A stretch of 39,609 nucleotides of DNA from the IMG/VR virus record IMGVR_UViG_3300008055_000088; one strand, 5' to 3'. The translations under genes were made by a program, and so were the position numbers. Each line of letters starts with the position of its first letter. Position 1 is the first letter of the stretch. This document shows, piece by piece, positions 14,097-23,135 of this stretch. Source of the DNA: a virus. A model generated the notes under the pieces. The model did no database searches. It saw only the letters and a list, made by a program, of their open reading frames with translations, and was not told the origin of the DNA.

Positions 14097-14447
14097 TTAC
14101 TCTATTGGTAGTACTAGTTCATCCCAAGATAGTGTTTCTTCATTCCAACGCCATAAACCTTCTGTTGGTCTAGGAGTAGGAGGTTGCCAGTCGTGGTTAG
14201 CATCAAGGCTCCACGATGGATATGGTTGCGGTGCAACAAATACATCTGCTACTGGGTCATAACTATAACCTATGCCAGCATATTGCTTGCGGATATTGTT
14301 ATTGTATGAAGTGCGTTTGCAGACTTGCCCTCTAAAATTACCATACCAAGTTTCTGTATCTAAACCTTCGATAAGTTCAGTTTCATCTATTCCAGTAATA
14401 ACCTCAGTTACTAAATTGTTCTCATCTAAAAATGCGTAATGTGCCAT
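14097..14447 (-). CDS. Hypothetical protein (116 aa)
   Basis: ATG 14447 overlaps the upstream TAA (TAATG). The track offers a TTG at 14456. Confidence 0.6.
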   Translation of the reverse strand: MAHYAFLDENNLVTEVITGIDETELIEGLDTETWYGNFRGQVCKRTSYNNNIRKQYAGIGYSYDPVADVFVAPQPYPSWSLDANHDWQPPTPRPTEGLWRWNEETLSWDELVLPIE

Positions 14448-15391
14448 TATGCCCAACTCACATTCCCTGTGCCAGCAGTTATTGTTGCTACTTTATAAGA
14501 ACCATCTGTTGCAGTTGTTCCTGTTAGACCTGCTCCAATAGTAATTGTTCCTAAAGCAGTTAAGTAACGCAAAATAACTACGCCCGAACCACCTGCGCCA
14601 CCATTACCTTGATTACCTGAGCCCCCGCCAGCACCGCCACCAGTGTTAACTGTTCCACCAACACCATTTGTTGGGTTACCATCACCACCGTTTCCACCAC
14701 CACCTGCGCCACCAGTACCAGCAGGATTATCGTAAGTAGCCTGAGTGTATCCACCGCCACCACCACCGCCAGCATAAGTTACAGATGAGCCTGTAATAGA
14801 AACCGCAACTCCTGCGCCGCCGTTACCAGAATTGAGAGTAGTATTTCTGTTTACACTCGTTCCAGCCGCACCTGCACCGCCACCGCCGCCTGTTGGAAAA
14901 CCAGTAATGCCACTATTAGTAGAATTTCCACCTGCAAAACCTTGATTCGCGGTTCCAGCGCCACCTGTTTTAGTGTTATTTTCAGACGAAGCAGCGCCTC
15001 CGCCAGAACCACCAGATGAGCCATTTTGGGTTAATCTTCCGCTTTTACCACCACCTGTAGAAGTAATGGTTGAAAATACAGAGTTAGAGCCATTTGTGTT
15101 ACTGTCAACACTTGTGCCAGCAGTACCGCCTCCACCAACGGTAACTGTATAATTAGTGTTTAAATTAACCGTAAGGCTTGTTTCAAGTGTGCCACCACCA
15201 CCAGTTGCTGTAACTGACGAGCGCAATCCACCCGCTCCTGCACCAGCAGAGTAATCTTTGTTTGCTCCACCGCCTCCTGCTACTACAAGAAAATCAAGGT
15301 TTGGGGCAACAAAAACATCTCCTGCACGCATACTCCCATAATTAGTTCTGCCTTTTATACTACTGGCAGATAATTTATATACAGGTGTCAC
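14447..15391 (-). CDS. Glycine-rich tail fibre / minor tail protein
   Basis: Long GGxGxxG-type Gly-rich tracts of the kind seen in actinophage tail proteins. Confidence 0.6.
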   Translation of the reverse strand: MTPVYKLSASSIKGRTNYGSMRAGDVFVAPNLDFLVVAGGGGANKDYSAGAGAGGLRSSVTATGGGGTLETSLTVNLNTNYTVTVGGGGTAGTSVDSNTNGSNSVFSTITSTGGGKSGRLTQNGSSGGSGGGAASSENNTKTGGAGTANQGFAGGNSTNSGITGFPTGGGGGAGAAGTSVNRNTTLNSGNGGAGVAVSITGSSVTYAGGGGGGGYTQATYDNPAGTGGAGGGGNGGDGNPTNGVGGTVNTGGGAGGGSGNQGNGGAGGSGVVILRYLTALGTITIGAGLTGTTATDGSYKVATITAGTGNVSWA

Positions 15392-15705
15392 TAGGAAATC
15401 TCCACTCCAGAGATATGGAAGTTTACACCAGTAGTAGAAGCAGAGCCAGTAATGGTTGCTGCTGGGTTAGTAGGTGGGATAACCTGCTTCATATCAATTA
15501 CCGTAGTGTCATAGGCACCAACAGTTACTGATGATGCTGAGGTTACAGTAGCAAAAGCCAGTGTAAAGTTAGCAGTAGCAGCAGTAGTATTAGTCACCAA
15601 CATATTGGTGATTACTGTAGTAGTTGTAGTATTAGGTTGTGTGTATAGGGTTGTGCTTGTTGTTGCTGCTGCTGTTCTAGCCAGCGTTTTAGATGTTACA
15701 GCCAT
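15391..15705 (-). CDS. Hypothetical Thr/Ala-rich structural protein
   Basis: ORF-track entry, start-stop coupled with the downstream gene. Confidence 0.55.
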   Translation of the reverse strand: MAVTSKTLARTAAATTSTTLYTQPNTTTTTVITNMLVTNTTAATANFTLAFATVTSASSVTVGAYDTTVIDMKQVIPPTNPAATITGSASTTGVNFHISGVEIS

Positions 15706-15759
15706 TAGTTACTGTACCTTTCTGTTTGTTTGTTTGTGAACTATCTTGAGGGATTGTGC

Positions 15760-15963
15760 CTAGCCTAAAAGCAACTTGGCTTCATCGGCACTTATGCCTA
15801 GTTTTTCCAAAAGAGCCTCTTTTGCTGCTGCCTTTTCTTGCTTCTTAATTTGCTCGGCTTTGGCATTTGCCAAATCTTTTTGGTGTTGAGCCAATTCTTC
15901 TGCCGTCATATCTCTTTTAATTATTTCGCCAGTTTCAGTATTGTGAATAACTATTGTTGTCAT
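15760..15963 (-). CDS. Hypothetical coiled-coil protein (67 aa)
   Basis: ORF-track entry, coupled to the upstream fibre gene. Confidence 0.5.
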   Translation of the reverse strand: MTTIVIHNTETGEIIKRDMTAEELAQHQKDLANAKAEQIKKQEKAAAKEALLEKLGISADEAKLLLG

Positions 15964-16724
15964 TATTTAACTCCATATAAAACATAAGAACCGCCCGAGA
16001 AATTGCTGCCATTTTGTGTGAATAAAGTAATGCTAGTTATTGCCGCAGAACCATTAAAATTCCCATTCACCATAAATTGTGTGTCATAAGCATTGGTCTG
16101 GTCTCTGACAATTGTTCTAATATCTATTGTTTTTTTATGACTGGTATTTGCGTAGTCCGCAAAAGTAATTCCGCTAAATGTATTTCTATCCGCATCTTCT
16201 TTGCCGTCATCACCTGCAGCAAATAAGCGGTCTCTAATACCATCACAACTAACTGCGGCAGTATTTTCAGCCGATTGGAAGATTCCAATCCAGCCATAAC
16301 TACTTCCTGTATCTCCATTTACTCTTATACATAAATAATCATCTGCTGCAAAATAAAAATCTCTAACATATAAAACCAAATCCACATAACTACCAGAAAT
16401 ATTGCTCAGAGTTACTGTGCTAGCAACAGGTAAGTTGTCAGCAGCAATTGAAGTCATACCACCACCAGCAGGTGCAGCCCACTTTAACCCTGTTGCTTCC
16501 CCTGACGCTGCAACTAAAATAGTGTCATTTGCCCCAACACCAAGGCGGCTAAAAGTATCTGCACCAGTTCCAACTACTAAATCTCCTTTGGCATCTATAG
16601 CAGTAGCCATAGAGTTAGTAACTGTTACCGTGCCTGATGTACCACCACCTGTGATACCAGTACCTGCGGTAATCCCGTTTATATCTGCTGCGAAATTATC
16701 CGCAAGCGTTCTTGCTTTTGTCAT
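15963..16724 (-). CDS. Tail fibre protein (253 aa)
   Basis: The N-terminal module DAKGDLVVGTGADT...GLKWAAP is shared with the C-terminus of the upstream fibre. Confidence 0.6.
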   Translation of the reverse strand: MTKARTLADNFAADINGITAGTGITGGGTSGTVTVTNSMATAIDAKGDLVVGTGADTFSRLGVGANDTILVAASGEATGLKWAAPAGGGMTSIAADNLPVASTVTLSNISGSYVDLVLYVRDFYFAADDYLCIRVNGDTGSSYGWIGIFQSAENTAAVSCDGIRDRLFAAGDDGKEDADRNTFSGITFADYANTSHKKTIDIRTIVRDQTNAYDTQFMVNGNFNGSAAITSITLFTQNGSNFSGGSYVLYGVK

Positions 16725-18703
16725 TAGTATGCTCCCATTATAGACATTACTTCAATAGAACTTGTATCTACTGCAGCCCATTCAAGACCAGTAGCAGTAG
16801 CAGAATTAGCCTGAAGATAAAATCCGTTAGTACCTACTGTAATTTTGCCAGGGGTATCTGCCGAAGTAGCCACCAGTAAATCACCTTTAGCATCAAAGAG
16901 TGAGTTAGGTATTGCAGTAGCAACATCAAAGGCTGTGAAGGTAATAATCTCCAGCACATCGCTGGCTGCTAGAGCAGGGCTTAAAGATGCAATGCTTGTG
17001 CCGTTAGTTGCTACATAGTCCTGAGCACGAACTAGCAATACACCATTTAGGTATACCTGCTCCTTGCCTACTAGGTAGGAAAGAGTATTGCCGTTGTCAT
17101 CTACACCTGACTCAGATGTTTCTCCGCCTGCTGCGGTAAATCTAAAACGGAAGATTGATGCTGTAGATGAGATACCACCCCAAGCGCTACCACTCCAAAC
17201 ATACATCTGATTATCAACTGTGTTCCAGTAAAGAGCACCAGTAAGAAGTGCGTTACCATCATTATCTAAAGTAGGTGGCGTTGACTTAGCACCTAGGTAT
17301 CTATCATCAAAGGAATCATAAGAAGCAGCAGCGCTGGTTGCTGATGTGGCTGCTGATGCAGCGCTAGTTGCTGCAGCAGAAGCAGAAGCAGCAGCAGCAG
17401 AAGTTGAGGCTGCAGCAGATGCTGCAGAAGTGGCTGCTGCAGTTGCAGATGCTGCTGCGCTTGTGGCGCTGGTAGCAGCAGCCGTGGCTGAAGCAGCAGC
17501 AGAGGTTGCTGAAGTAGCAGCAGCCGTAGCACTAGTTGCAGATGAAATTGCAGATGTTTCTGAACTGCCTGCAGATGTCGCAGCGCTCGTTGCACTTGTA
17601 GCAGCAGCAGTTGCACTCGCAGCAGCCGAGGTAGCCGAGGTAGCAGCAGCCGTAGCGCTTGCAGCAGCGCTAGTTGCGCTAGTCGCTGCAGCGCTTGCTG
17701 AAGAAGCAGATGCTGTTGCTGAGTTGGCTGCACTGGTAGCGCTTGTGGCTGCAGCAGTGGCGCTTGCAGCAGCGCTTGTAGCGCTGGTAGTAGCAGCAGT
17801 AGCAGAATTAGATGCGTTAGTTGCGCTTGTTGCAGCAGAGGTTGCACTGGTTGCTGCTGCGCTGGCGCTATTAGCAGATGCTGTAGCGCTGTTTGCTGCA
17901 GATGTAGCAGATGTCGCAGCAGCAGTTGCGCTGGCTGCAGCAGATGCTGCAGAGATTGCAGCAGAAGTAGCAGAGCCAAGGATGCTATCTACATAAATCT
18001 TTGGAGTTGCAGAGGAATCAACCATACCTGCGCTAGATAGACCAGTAATGACTGGTGAGCCAGAGATAGTTGGGCTTACAAAAGTAGCAGCAGATGCTGT
18101 AAAAGAACCAGTTAGCGTGCTTGATACAATTGTAGATGAGGTAACTGTTGAACTTGTTACTGTGGCTGAGGTAAATGTACCGCCAGTAAATGTTGCGCTA
18201 GTTGCAGTAAATGCACCAGTTACAGTACCGCTTGAGTAAACTTTATTAGTAAGAGTCTGAGCCTTAGTAGTACCAACGATAACACCATCACCAGTAGCAA
18301 TACCGTGAACATGTGTTTGATTAGCAGCAGTAAGGATTGTTTCATCAATATCATAGCCACGAGCAGCAATGTGTGCCTGTTCCTCGCGGAAGTCACGACC
18401 AGATACACCATGCCGTACCACTGCACCAGCAGAGTGGGCAACAGCCTGCGTATTGTCAGAGCCACGAGTTACAGTAAGGGTTGTGCTGGAAGCGGCAGTT
18501 ACTGTGACAACTTCTTCTTTAGATGTATCGGGGTCAACAATAAGTGTGTATGGCAACGATGATGGAAAACCGCTAACCGATGCAACAATAAAGGATGTGT
18601 TTGATTGTCCCTGAGATTGTGCGGGGATGGATGATTGGAGCGAAGTTTCTACTGCGGTTGATGAGTAGTACCGCGCTGGGGAGCCTGGGTCGCCTGCTGC
18701 CAT
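16724..18703 (-). CDS. Tail fibre protein with a long Ser/Ala/Thr heptad-repeat shaft (659 aa)
   Basis: About 230 aa of SAATSAT-type repeats. C-terminal DAKGDLLVATSADT...GLEWAAV module. Confidence 0.7.
   Translation of the reverse strand: MAAGDPGSPARYYSSTAVETSLQSSIPAQSQGQSNTSFIVASVSGFPSSLPYTLIVDPDTSKEEVVTVTAASSTTLTVTRGSDNTQAVAHSAGAVVRHGVSGRDFREEQAHIAARGYDIDETILTAANQTHVHGIATGDGVIVGTTKAQTLTNKVYSSGTVTGAFTATSATFTGGTFTSATVTSSTVTSSTIVSSTLTGSFTASAATFVSPTISGSPVITGLSSAGMVDSSATPKIYVDSILGSATSAAISAASAAASATAAATSATSAANSATASANSASAAATSATSAATSATNASNSATAATTSATSAAASATAAATSATSAANSATASASSASAAATSATSAAASATAAATSATSAAASATAAATSATSAATSAGSSETSAISSATSATAAATSATSAAASATAAATSATSAAASATAAATSAASAAASTSAAAASASAAATSAASAATSATSAAASYDSFDDRYLGAKSTPPTLDNDGNALLTGALYWNTVDNQMYVWSGSAWGGISSTASIFRFRFTAAGGETSESGVDDNGNTLSYLVGKEQVYLNGVLLVRAQDYVATNGTSIASLSPALAASDVLEIITFTAFDVATAIPNSLFDAKGDLLVATSADTPGKITVGTNGFYLQANSATATGLEWAAVDTSSIEVMSIMGAY
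17300..17985 (-). repeat. In-frame tandem repeat array (21-nt heptad units with 42-nt and ~105-nt higher-order copies)
   Basis: Recurring peptide units ATSATSAAASATAA. The array generates long artefactual ORFs in the other frames and on the other strand. Confidence 0.85.
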
Positions 18704-18711
18704 TTTCTACC

Positions 18712-19605
18712 TTATCTCTGATAGTGCGAACGGATTGGATACTGACGGCGTTGGTTATTCGCCACTTCGTTTAAACGCTGCTGATAAATGTTAAACAAGA
18801 ATCTGGCTGCGTTCTGCCCTGAACCATTTGGGCGTACGCCATCTAATATGTCTGCTGCTGCAGACTGAGCCCCAAGGCGTGAAGGGTCCAGAAAAGAAAT
18901 CATGCGGAAGGCTGCGCCATAAATAACAACATCTTCCGAATAAGAAGGAAAGCCTGTAACTGTTGAATACTCTTGTTGATTGCTAGTAAGCAGCGTTGGG
19001 CGCTTGCTATAGGTAACATGCACAGTTTGTCCAGGAACAATCTCTGAATAAATAGATAGACTCTTTGTAGTAGCAAAAGCATCTGAGTCTGCAGTTCTAT
19101 CTAACTGCCATGCACGAGCAGGGAACCACTCCTTGGAAGGACCAATAATGGAGTAGGTTACAGATAAAACATTTTCTACGGTAGCAGGGATTCCATAGGA
19201 ATACTGCGCTGCTACATAATCAAAATCATAGGAGCCAATAGCAAATACACTTGGGTACATAGCATCAATAGCATTATTAATAGCGTTCTTAATCTCTTGC
19301 CTTGGAAATAATGGAGCCATGGTTACTTTAGAATTAGTATCATGGGCAGCAGCAGTTGTGCCACGCTGCGCTCTACCCCAAGGGGCTACAGTAAGAACAT
19401 TTGATACATTGTCTGTAGAGTTAACGAATACAATTTCATCGTCAATCTGTACATAACCACGACCAATTACGCTGGCATCATAAACAGTCAGCGATGTGGT
19501 TGTGCTGGTAGCGCTAGTAGTAAGCCATGAGGCAGGCTCTGTGTTCTCTGTATAACCATGCAGTACAGCCTCAACGCGGTCTGCTAGTTGAGCAAATGTA
19601 CTCAT
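18712..19605 (-). CDS. Structural (tail/adaptor) protein, 297 aa
   Basis: N-terminal module (IDDEIVFV...V.PWGRAQRGTTAAAHD) resembles the N-terminus of the 659-aa fibre. Confidence 0.6.
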   Translation of the reverse strand: MSTFAQLADRVEAVLHGYTENTEPASWLTTSATSTTTSLTVYDASVIGRGYVQIDDEIVFVNSTDNVSNVLTVAPWGRAQRGTTAAAHDTNSKVTMAPLFPRQEIKNAINNAIDAMYPSVFAIGSYDFDYVAAQYSYGIPATVENVLSVTYSIIGPSKEWFPARAWQLDRTADSDAFATTKSLSIYSEIVPGQTVHVTYSKRPTLLTSNQQEYSTVTGFPSYSEDVVIYGAAFRMISFLDPSRLGAQSAAADILDGVRPNGSGQNAARFLFNIYQQRLNEVANNQRRQYPIRSHYQR

Positions 19606-19877
19606 AGGTTAATACTCCTTAAAGCAACTACGGCTGATAGCCCAGAGGTGCCAGCAAGTTCATTGCAGATAGCGTTTAAACCTTTATAGTCATTAGGCTG
19701 GCGGGAGGAACTAGCCTTGTAATTAAGGGCAGCAATAAGTCCTAGACCAGATGTGCCAGCATAGGCATTAGCAGCGCCCTGTGATGCCTTATAGACCGTA
19801 TAAACGGGATATGTACCACCGTTGGCTAGACGGTTAAGTTCTCCCGTAAAAGTGCTTCCTGCTGCTCCTGTTGCCAT
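19602..19877 (-). CDS. Hypothetical protein with two AGTSGL repeats
   Basis: ORF-track entry, with a TAATG coupling upstream. Confidence 0.55.
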   Translation of the reverse strand: MATGAAGSTFTGELNRLANGGTYPVYTVYKASQGAANAYAGTSGLGLIAALNYKASSSRQPNDYKGLNAICNELAGTSGLSAVVALRSINL

Positions 19878-20050
19878 TACTTACCCTTCTTCTTTTTCAT
19901 CCGTGCCACAGCAGCATTGTCCACAAGGTTCGGATACTTCCGACCCGCAGCCTTTGCTCTTGCTTTGGCAGCAGCCTTCTGTGAGGAGGTTAATTTCGTT
20001 GATGTTTTCTTTGGATTCTTCTTGTCCCAAAATGCTTTACCCTTCACCAT
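19877..20050 (-). CDS. Small Lys/Ala-rich basic protein (57 aa)
   Basis: ATG 20050 in an ATGGTGA overlap with the upstream stop. Translation is MVKGKAFWDKKNPKKTSTKLTSSQKAAAKARAKAAGRKYPNLVDNAAVARMKKKKGK. Confidence 0.5.
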   Translation of the reverse strand: MVKGKAFWDKKNPKKTSTKLTSSQKAAAKARAKAAGRKYPNLVDNAAVARMKKKKGK

Positions 20051-20310
20051 TTCACCTTATCTGCCCAATAAGCAGCGCTCATTTTGCCTTTGGCAATGTT
20101 CTTAGCATGGCGTGCTTTAAATGATTTTTGTCTAGGCGTAGACTTTTTATCGCCACTAACGCCTTGCTGACCAAAACGAATAGTCTTAACTTGGCTACCT
20201 TCTTTAGCAACCACAACATGTGACTTAGTTGGATGGCTTGGCGTACGCTTGGGTTTGTTAAAACCTGCTACGCCAGCCCTTTTAATCCGTGAGTCTTTTT
20301 TACTTGCCAC
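20044..20310 (-). CDS. Small basic protein (88 aa)
   Basis: ORF-track entry (GTG start). Lys/Arg-rich. Confidence 0.6.
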   Translation of the reverse strand: MASKKDSRIKRAGVAGFNKPKRTPSHPTKSHVVVAKEGSQVKTIRFGQQGVSGDKKSTPRQKSFKARHAKNIAKGKMSAAYWADKVKW

Positions 20311-20425
20311 GCTTCTTTGCAGCCTTCTTCATTACCATTTTCTTACCAGACTTCTTTGCTGCTTTCTTTGCTGCAGCCATACCCTTCTTTGAGTAAGAGT
20401 ATTCTTTTCCGTTTACCATTGGCAT
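20300..20425 (-). CDS. Small Lys/Ala-rich basic protein (41 aa)
   Basis: ATG 20425 with GAGGAA upstream. Translation is MPMVNGKEYSYSKKGMAAAKKAAKKSGKKMVMKKAAKKRGK. Confidence 0.45.
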   Translation of the reverse strand: MPMVNGKEYSYSKKGMAAAKKAAKKSGKKMVMKKAAKKRGK

Positions 20426-20427
20426 GG

Positions 20428-20520
20428 TTATTCCTCATCTTCTTCTTCGTAGATGTCCTCATCTTCAATGGTGGGAGAGGGCAGTCCCCACAACGGCTCT
20501 GGGATAATGGTGCTAGTCAT
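20428..20520 (-). CDS. Possible acidic micro-protein (30 aa)
   Basis: Translation is MTSTIIPEPLWGLPSPTIEDEDIYEEEDEE. It fills the gap between neighbouring genes. No SD. Confidence 0.25.
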   Translation of the reverse strand: MTSTIIPEPLWGLPSPTIEDEDIYEEEDEE

Positions 20521-20764
20521 CATCATCCTCATCCAGCATCCGTTTAATCTCATCCTCAGAAGGGGAACGGTAGTTCACCCAACTTGGATAAGAACCTTTA
20601 TCCATAACAAATGACAGGGCTATTTCAGACTTAAAGCCTGCCTTGAGCAAAGAGTTGTAGTACTCGTTAAGCCAGATACAGTACATTTCAAGTTCTGTAT
20701 ATGACTCATCCTTGACTGTACGCACGCGCCTTACTGGTTTCTTTCGTGGTTTGCGAGCAGCCAT
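20513..20764 (-). CDS. Hypothetical protein (83 aa)
   Basis: ATG with GGAGG upstream. Basic N-terminus and acidic C-terminus. Confidence 0.6.
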   Translation of the reverse strand: MAARKPRKKPVRRVRTVKDESYTELEMYCIWLNEYYNSLLKAGFKSEIALSFVMDKGSYPSWVNYRSPSEDEIKRMLDEDDDD

Positions 20765-20772
20765 GATTCCTC

Positions 20773-21024
20773 CTATGCCCCGTATGCCTTGCCTGTTTCG
20801 TTTGAAATCTTTACAGCCTCTTGAATCTTTTTCATACTTGTTCCGTTAGGTTGGATGCCTTGAGCACGAGCATCCCTATATGCCTGTAATTCTTTATCCC
20901 ATTTTTTTGCAGATACGCTTAGGTTAGAGTTTGCTTCTCCTGCGTTTATTACAAGAGTTCCAACCTTGCATCCAAAGCAACCTTCTACAAACTCAGGATG
21001 GGTCTGTTGTCTATGTAGGCTCAT
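20773..21024 (-). CDS. Hypothetical protein (83 aa)
   Basis: ORF-track entry in the head-completion region. Confidence 0.55.
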   Translation of the reverse strand: MSLHRQQTHPEFVEGCFGCKVGTLVINAGEANSNLSVSAKKWDKELQAYRDARAQGIQPNGTSMKKIQEAVKISNETGKAYGA

Positions 21025-21281
21025 GCTGGTGTTATGTATGCTCCGTAGCCCTGTGCTGTAAGGGCATCAGCAGTCTGTTGGTTAATAAGACTTTTTGTTC
21101 CACCTAAGTAATACTCCTCCGCCTGATTTGTCTGAATCTGGCTTGGATACCTAAAGGAACTATACACTCCGTTTAAACGCAAGACAGATATGCCACGCGG
21201 TAGTTCAATACGAGCAAAGAGGATATGGTCCCCTGCTGGGGTTTCATCTACGGTGGGCGTAGTGAAGTAATACATTGACAT
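21021..21281 (-). CDS. Hypothetical protein (86 aa)
   Basis: ATG 21281 lies 4 nt after GGAGG, so it is preferred to the track start (GTG 21302). Confidence 0.55.
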   Translation of the reverse strand: MSMYYFTTPTVDETPAGDHILFARIELPRGISVLRLNGVYSSFRYPSQIQTNQAEEYYLGGTKSLINQQTADALTAQGYGAYITPA

Positions 21282-21308
21282 AAGTCCTCCTAATGAACTC
21301 ACCCCAAA

Positions 21309-21337
21309 GGGGCAGACTTTTCAAATATGTCTACCCC
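21309..21337 (-). terminator. Stem-loop immediately downstream of the major capsid gene (attenuator or RNA-stabilising hairpin)
   Basis: On the - strand RNA: GGGGUAGAC-11 nt-GUCUGCCCC (9 bp including one G-U), then UUUGGGG. Confidence 0.4.
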
Positions 21338-21351
21338 TCAGAGTCAATCAA

Positions 21352-22524
21352 CTAGAGAGCAGCGATTGAAGAACCAGTTTCAATGCGATACAACGCTTCC
21401 TCGCGGTAACGGCTCCATCCAAGGACACCGTACCAACCGATTGGGCGGAAACGCATTAACTTATCGGTAACTGGACCGATAACAACACCTGGCTCCTGTG
21501 CTACGGCTTCAGCCAATGCTTGCTTACCGCAAACGATGGTTCTGAATACGCGTGTTACAGGGGTTACAGTTACAACAGTAGTTGCGGTAACTGCAGCAGT
21601 ATTGGCTACATCTACAGTAAATGTAGTTGTTGAGCCAGAAGTGCTGATTGCACTAATTTTTGCAGTAGATGCAATGCCAGTTCCAGAAATCTTGTCGCCT
21701 ACCTCAGCACGAGTTGCAATAACAGCAGAAGAAGCAACACCAAAGGTGAAGCCTGCTGAAGTACCTGCAACGGTTACTGCGGTTGTAGCGAGAGCGGTCT
21801 GGTCTGCGCCATCCTTAGCAGAGAACATGCGTGCGTTTTCTACAAAGAAAGCGCCTTCGTATGTTCCGATGGTACCTGCGAACAGGTTGCCAAGTGATGC
21901 ATCAGTGTGTGAGTGAGTATCACGCCATCCGATTGAGCCTGATTCGGCACGGAGGTCATGTGATACTTCTGGGTGAATACCGACCCAGTATAGGCTTCCT
22001 GCGCGAGGAACAGCCTTATTGGAACGGAGTTTTGCAACAACCTTGCGAAGGTCAGCAGAATCAATAGTGTCTGATGCTGTGACTGTAGCAGTAGATGTGC
22101 GGGTTCCACCGTAAATAACATTGGTGCCTTGACGAAGTGTGTTTTGTGCCACAACATCAAGAGAGTCAGCCAAGTTGTAAGCGATGATGTCTGCAACAGC
22201 AGGGTCAACATCGGATAGTGAGAACAACTGTAGTTTGCGTGTTACAAGGGCAGCGTTGCCGTACTCTGCAAGAGTTACAGATACGGTGTCAACATTGTTT
22301 AGTGCAACTGCATCTGGGTCAGTTGTTTCTGTGAGCGTTGAAGTAGCAGCCGACAAATCGTTGTAAAGTGAGAATACAACGGATGAGCCTGGCATAGCCT
22401 GTTGTACAGGCTTCTTATCCGCAACAGCACGAATCATCGGCTGAGAGCGGAGGGCAAATTCAACATAACGGTCATAAGCGGTCTGAACTAGACCACTAAT
22501 TGCCGATGTGTCTGTAAATGCCAT
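21352..22524 (-). CDS. Major capsid protein
   Basis: 390 aa, directly after the scaffold-like gene, with AGGAGGTG upstream. The N-terminal pattern (TAYDRYVEFALRSQP...PGSSVVFSLYNDL) resembles N4-gp56-type capsid proteins. Confidence 0.75.
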   Translation of the reverse strand: MAFTDTSAISGLVQTAYDRYVEFALRSQPMIRAVADKKPVQQAMPGSSVVFSLYNDLSAATSTLTETTDPDAVALNNVDTVSVTLAEYGNAALVTRKLQLFSLSDVDPAVADIIAYNLADSLDVVAQNTLRQGTNVIYGGTRTSTATVTASDTIDSADLRKVVAKLRSNKAVPRAGSLYWVGIHPEVSHDLRAESGSIGWRDTHSHTDASLGNLFAGTIGTYEGAFFVENARMFSAKDGADQTALATTAVTVAGTSAGFTFGVASSAVIATRAEVGDKISGTGIASTAKISAISTSGSTTTFTVDVANTAAVTATTVVTVTPVTRVFRTIVCGKQALAEAVAQEPGVVIGPVTDKLMRFRPIGWYGVLGWSRYREEALYRIETGSSIAAL

Positions 22525-22562
22525 GTGGGTTCACCTCCTGGTGATTGGTTGATGTAAGTTAT

Positions 22563-23015
22563 TTAATTTAAACCAAGGAGTATATCTAAGTCCTCACGAG
22601 TCTTTGCTCCTGCAATCTTTGCAAACGCATCTTCATCAACATCTGGCGCGGAGCCAGTAGAGATTAGATTGTTGATTCTTGCTTGAGCCTTGACCTCTGG
22701 ACTTTTTTCTGCAGGCTTTTCTTCAGATGAAGTTTGGATTCCAAATACATCACCGTATTCATTAACCCATTTGATAATTTCTTCCTCAGAGGAATCAATA
22801 TCTTGTGGTATAAATGCGGCAATCTTTGGGTTTAATCCCTTAGCCTGTAGTACATCCTTGACAGTACGCTGACGGGTCTGAGTTTTTAGACCTGACAACT
22901 CCTGTTCTAGTTCTTTCGCACGCTTTTCCAGCGCACGGTTTACTTTGCGGAGTTGACCAACAACATCTGTAGTAGTGTCGTCATCTTCTTCGTCATCGTA
23001 GTAATTGGTAGCCAT
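22563..23015 (-). CDS. Scaffolding protein
   Basis: 150 aa, with an acidic N-terminus (DDEEDDD) and coiled coil. Immediately upstream of the capsid gene. Confidence 0.6.
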   Translation of the reverse strand: MATNYYDDEEDDDTTTDVVGQLRKVNRALEKRAKELEQELSGLKTQTRQRTVKDVLQAKGLNPKIAAFIPQDIDSSEEEIIKWVNEYGDVFGIQTSSEEKPAEKSPEVKAQARINNLISTGSAPDVDEDAFAKIAGAKTREDLDILLGLN

Positions 23016-23135
23016 CTACCTATCTCCCTTTTCTTAGTTGTATTCGCAATCCACAATGAGGTTCGGGGAAACCAAATTGGCTATTGCTACCAGACTTATA
23101 CGCCCCCCTGGGCTGGTTGGTCAGGGTGGGGATTC

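Noticed and set aside
17300-17985. CRISPR-like array
   Set aside because: The repeats are contiguous with no unique spacers, have 21-nt periodicity and are translated in frame. No cas genes or leader are present.
17293-17996. Long ORFs on both strands (17293..17979 minus, 17346..17996 plus) inside the fibre gene
   Set aside because: They are alternative-frame and antisense readings of the GCN-rich Ser/Ala repeat array, giving Leu/Gln- or Ala/Val-only translations. The in-frame fibre ORF explains the region.
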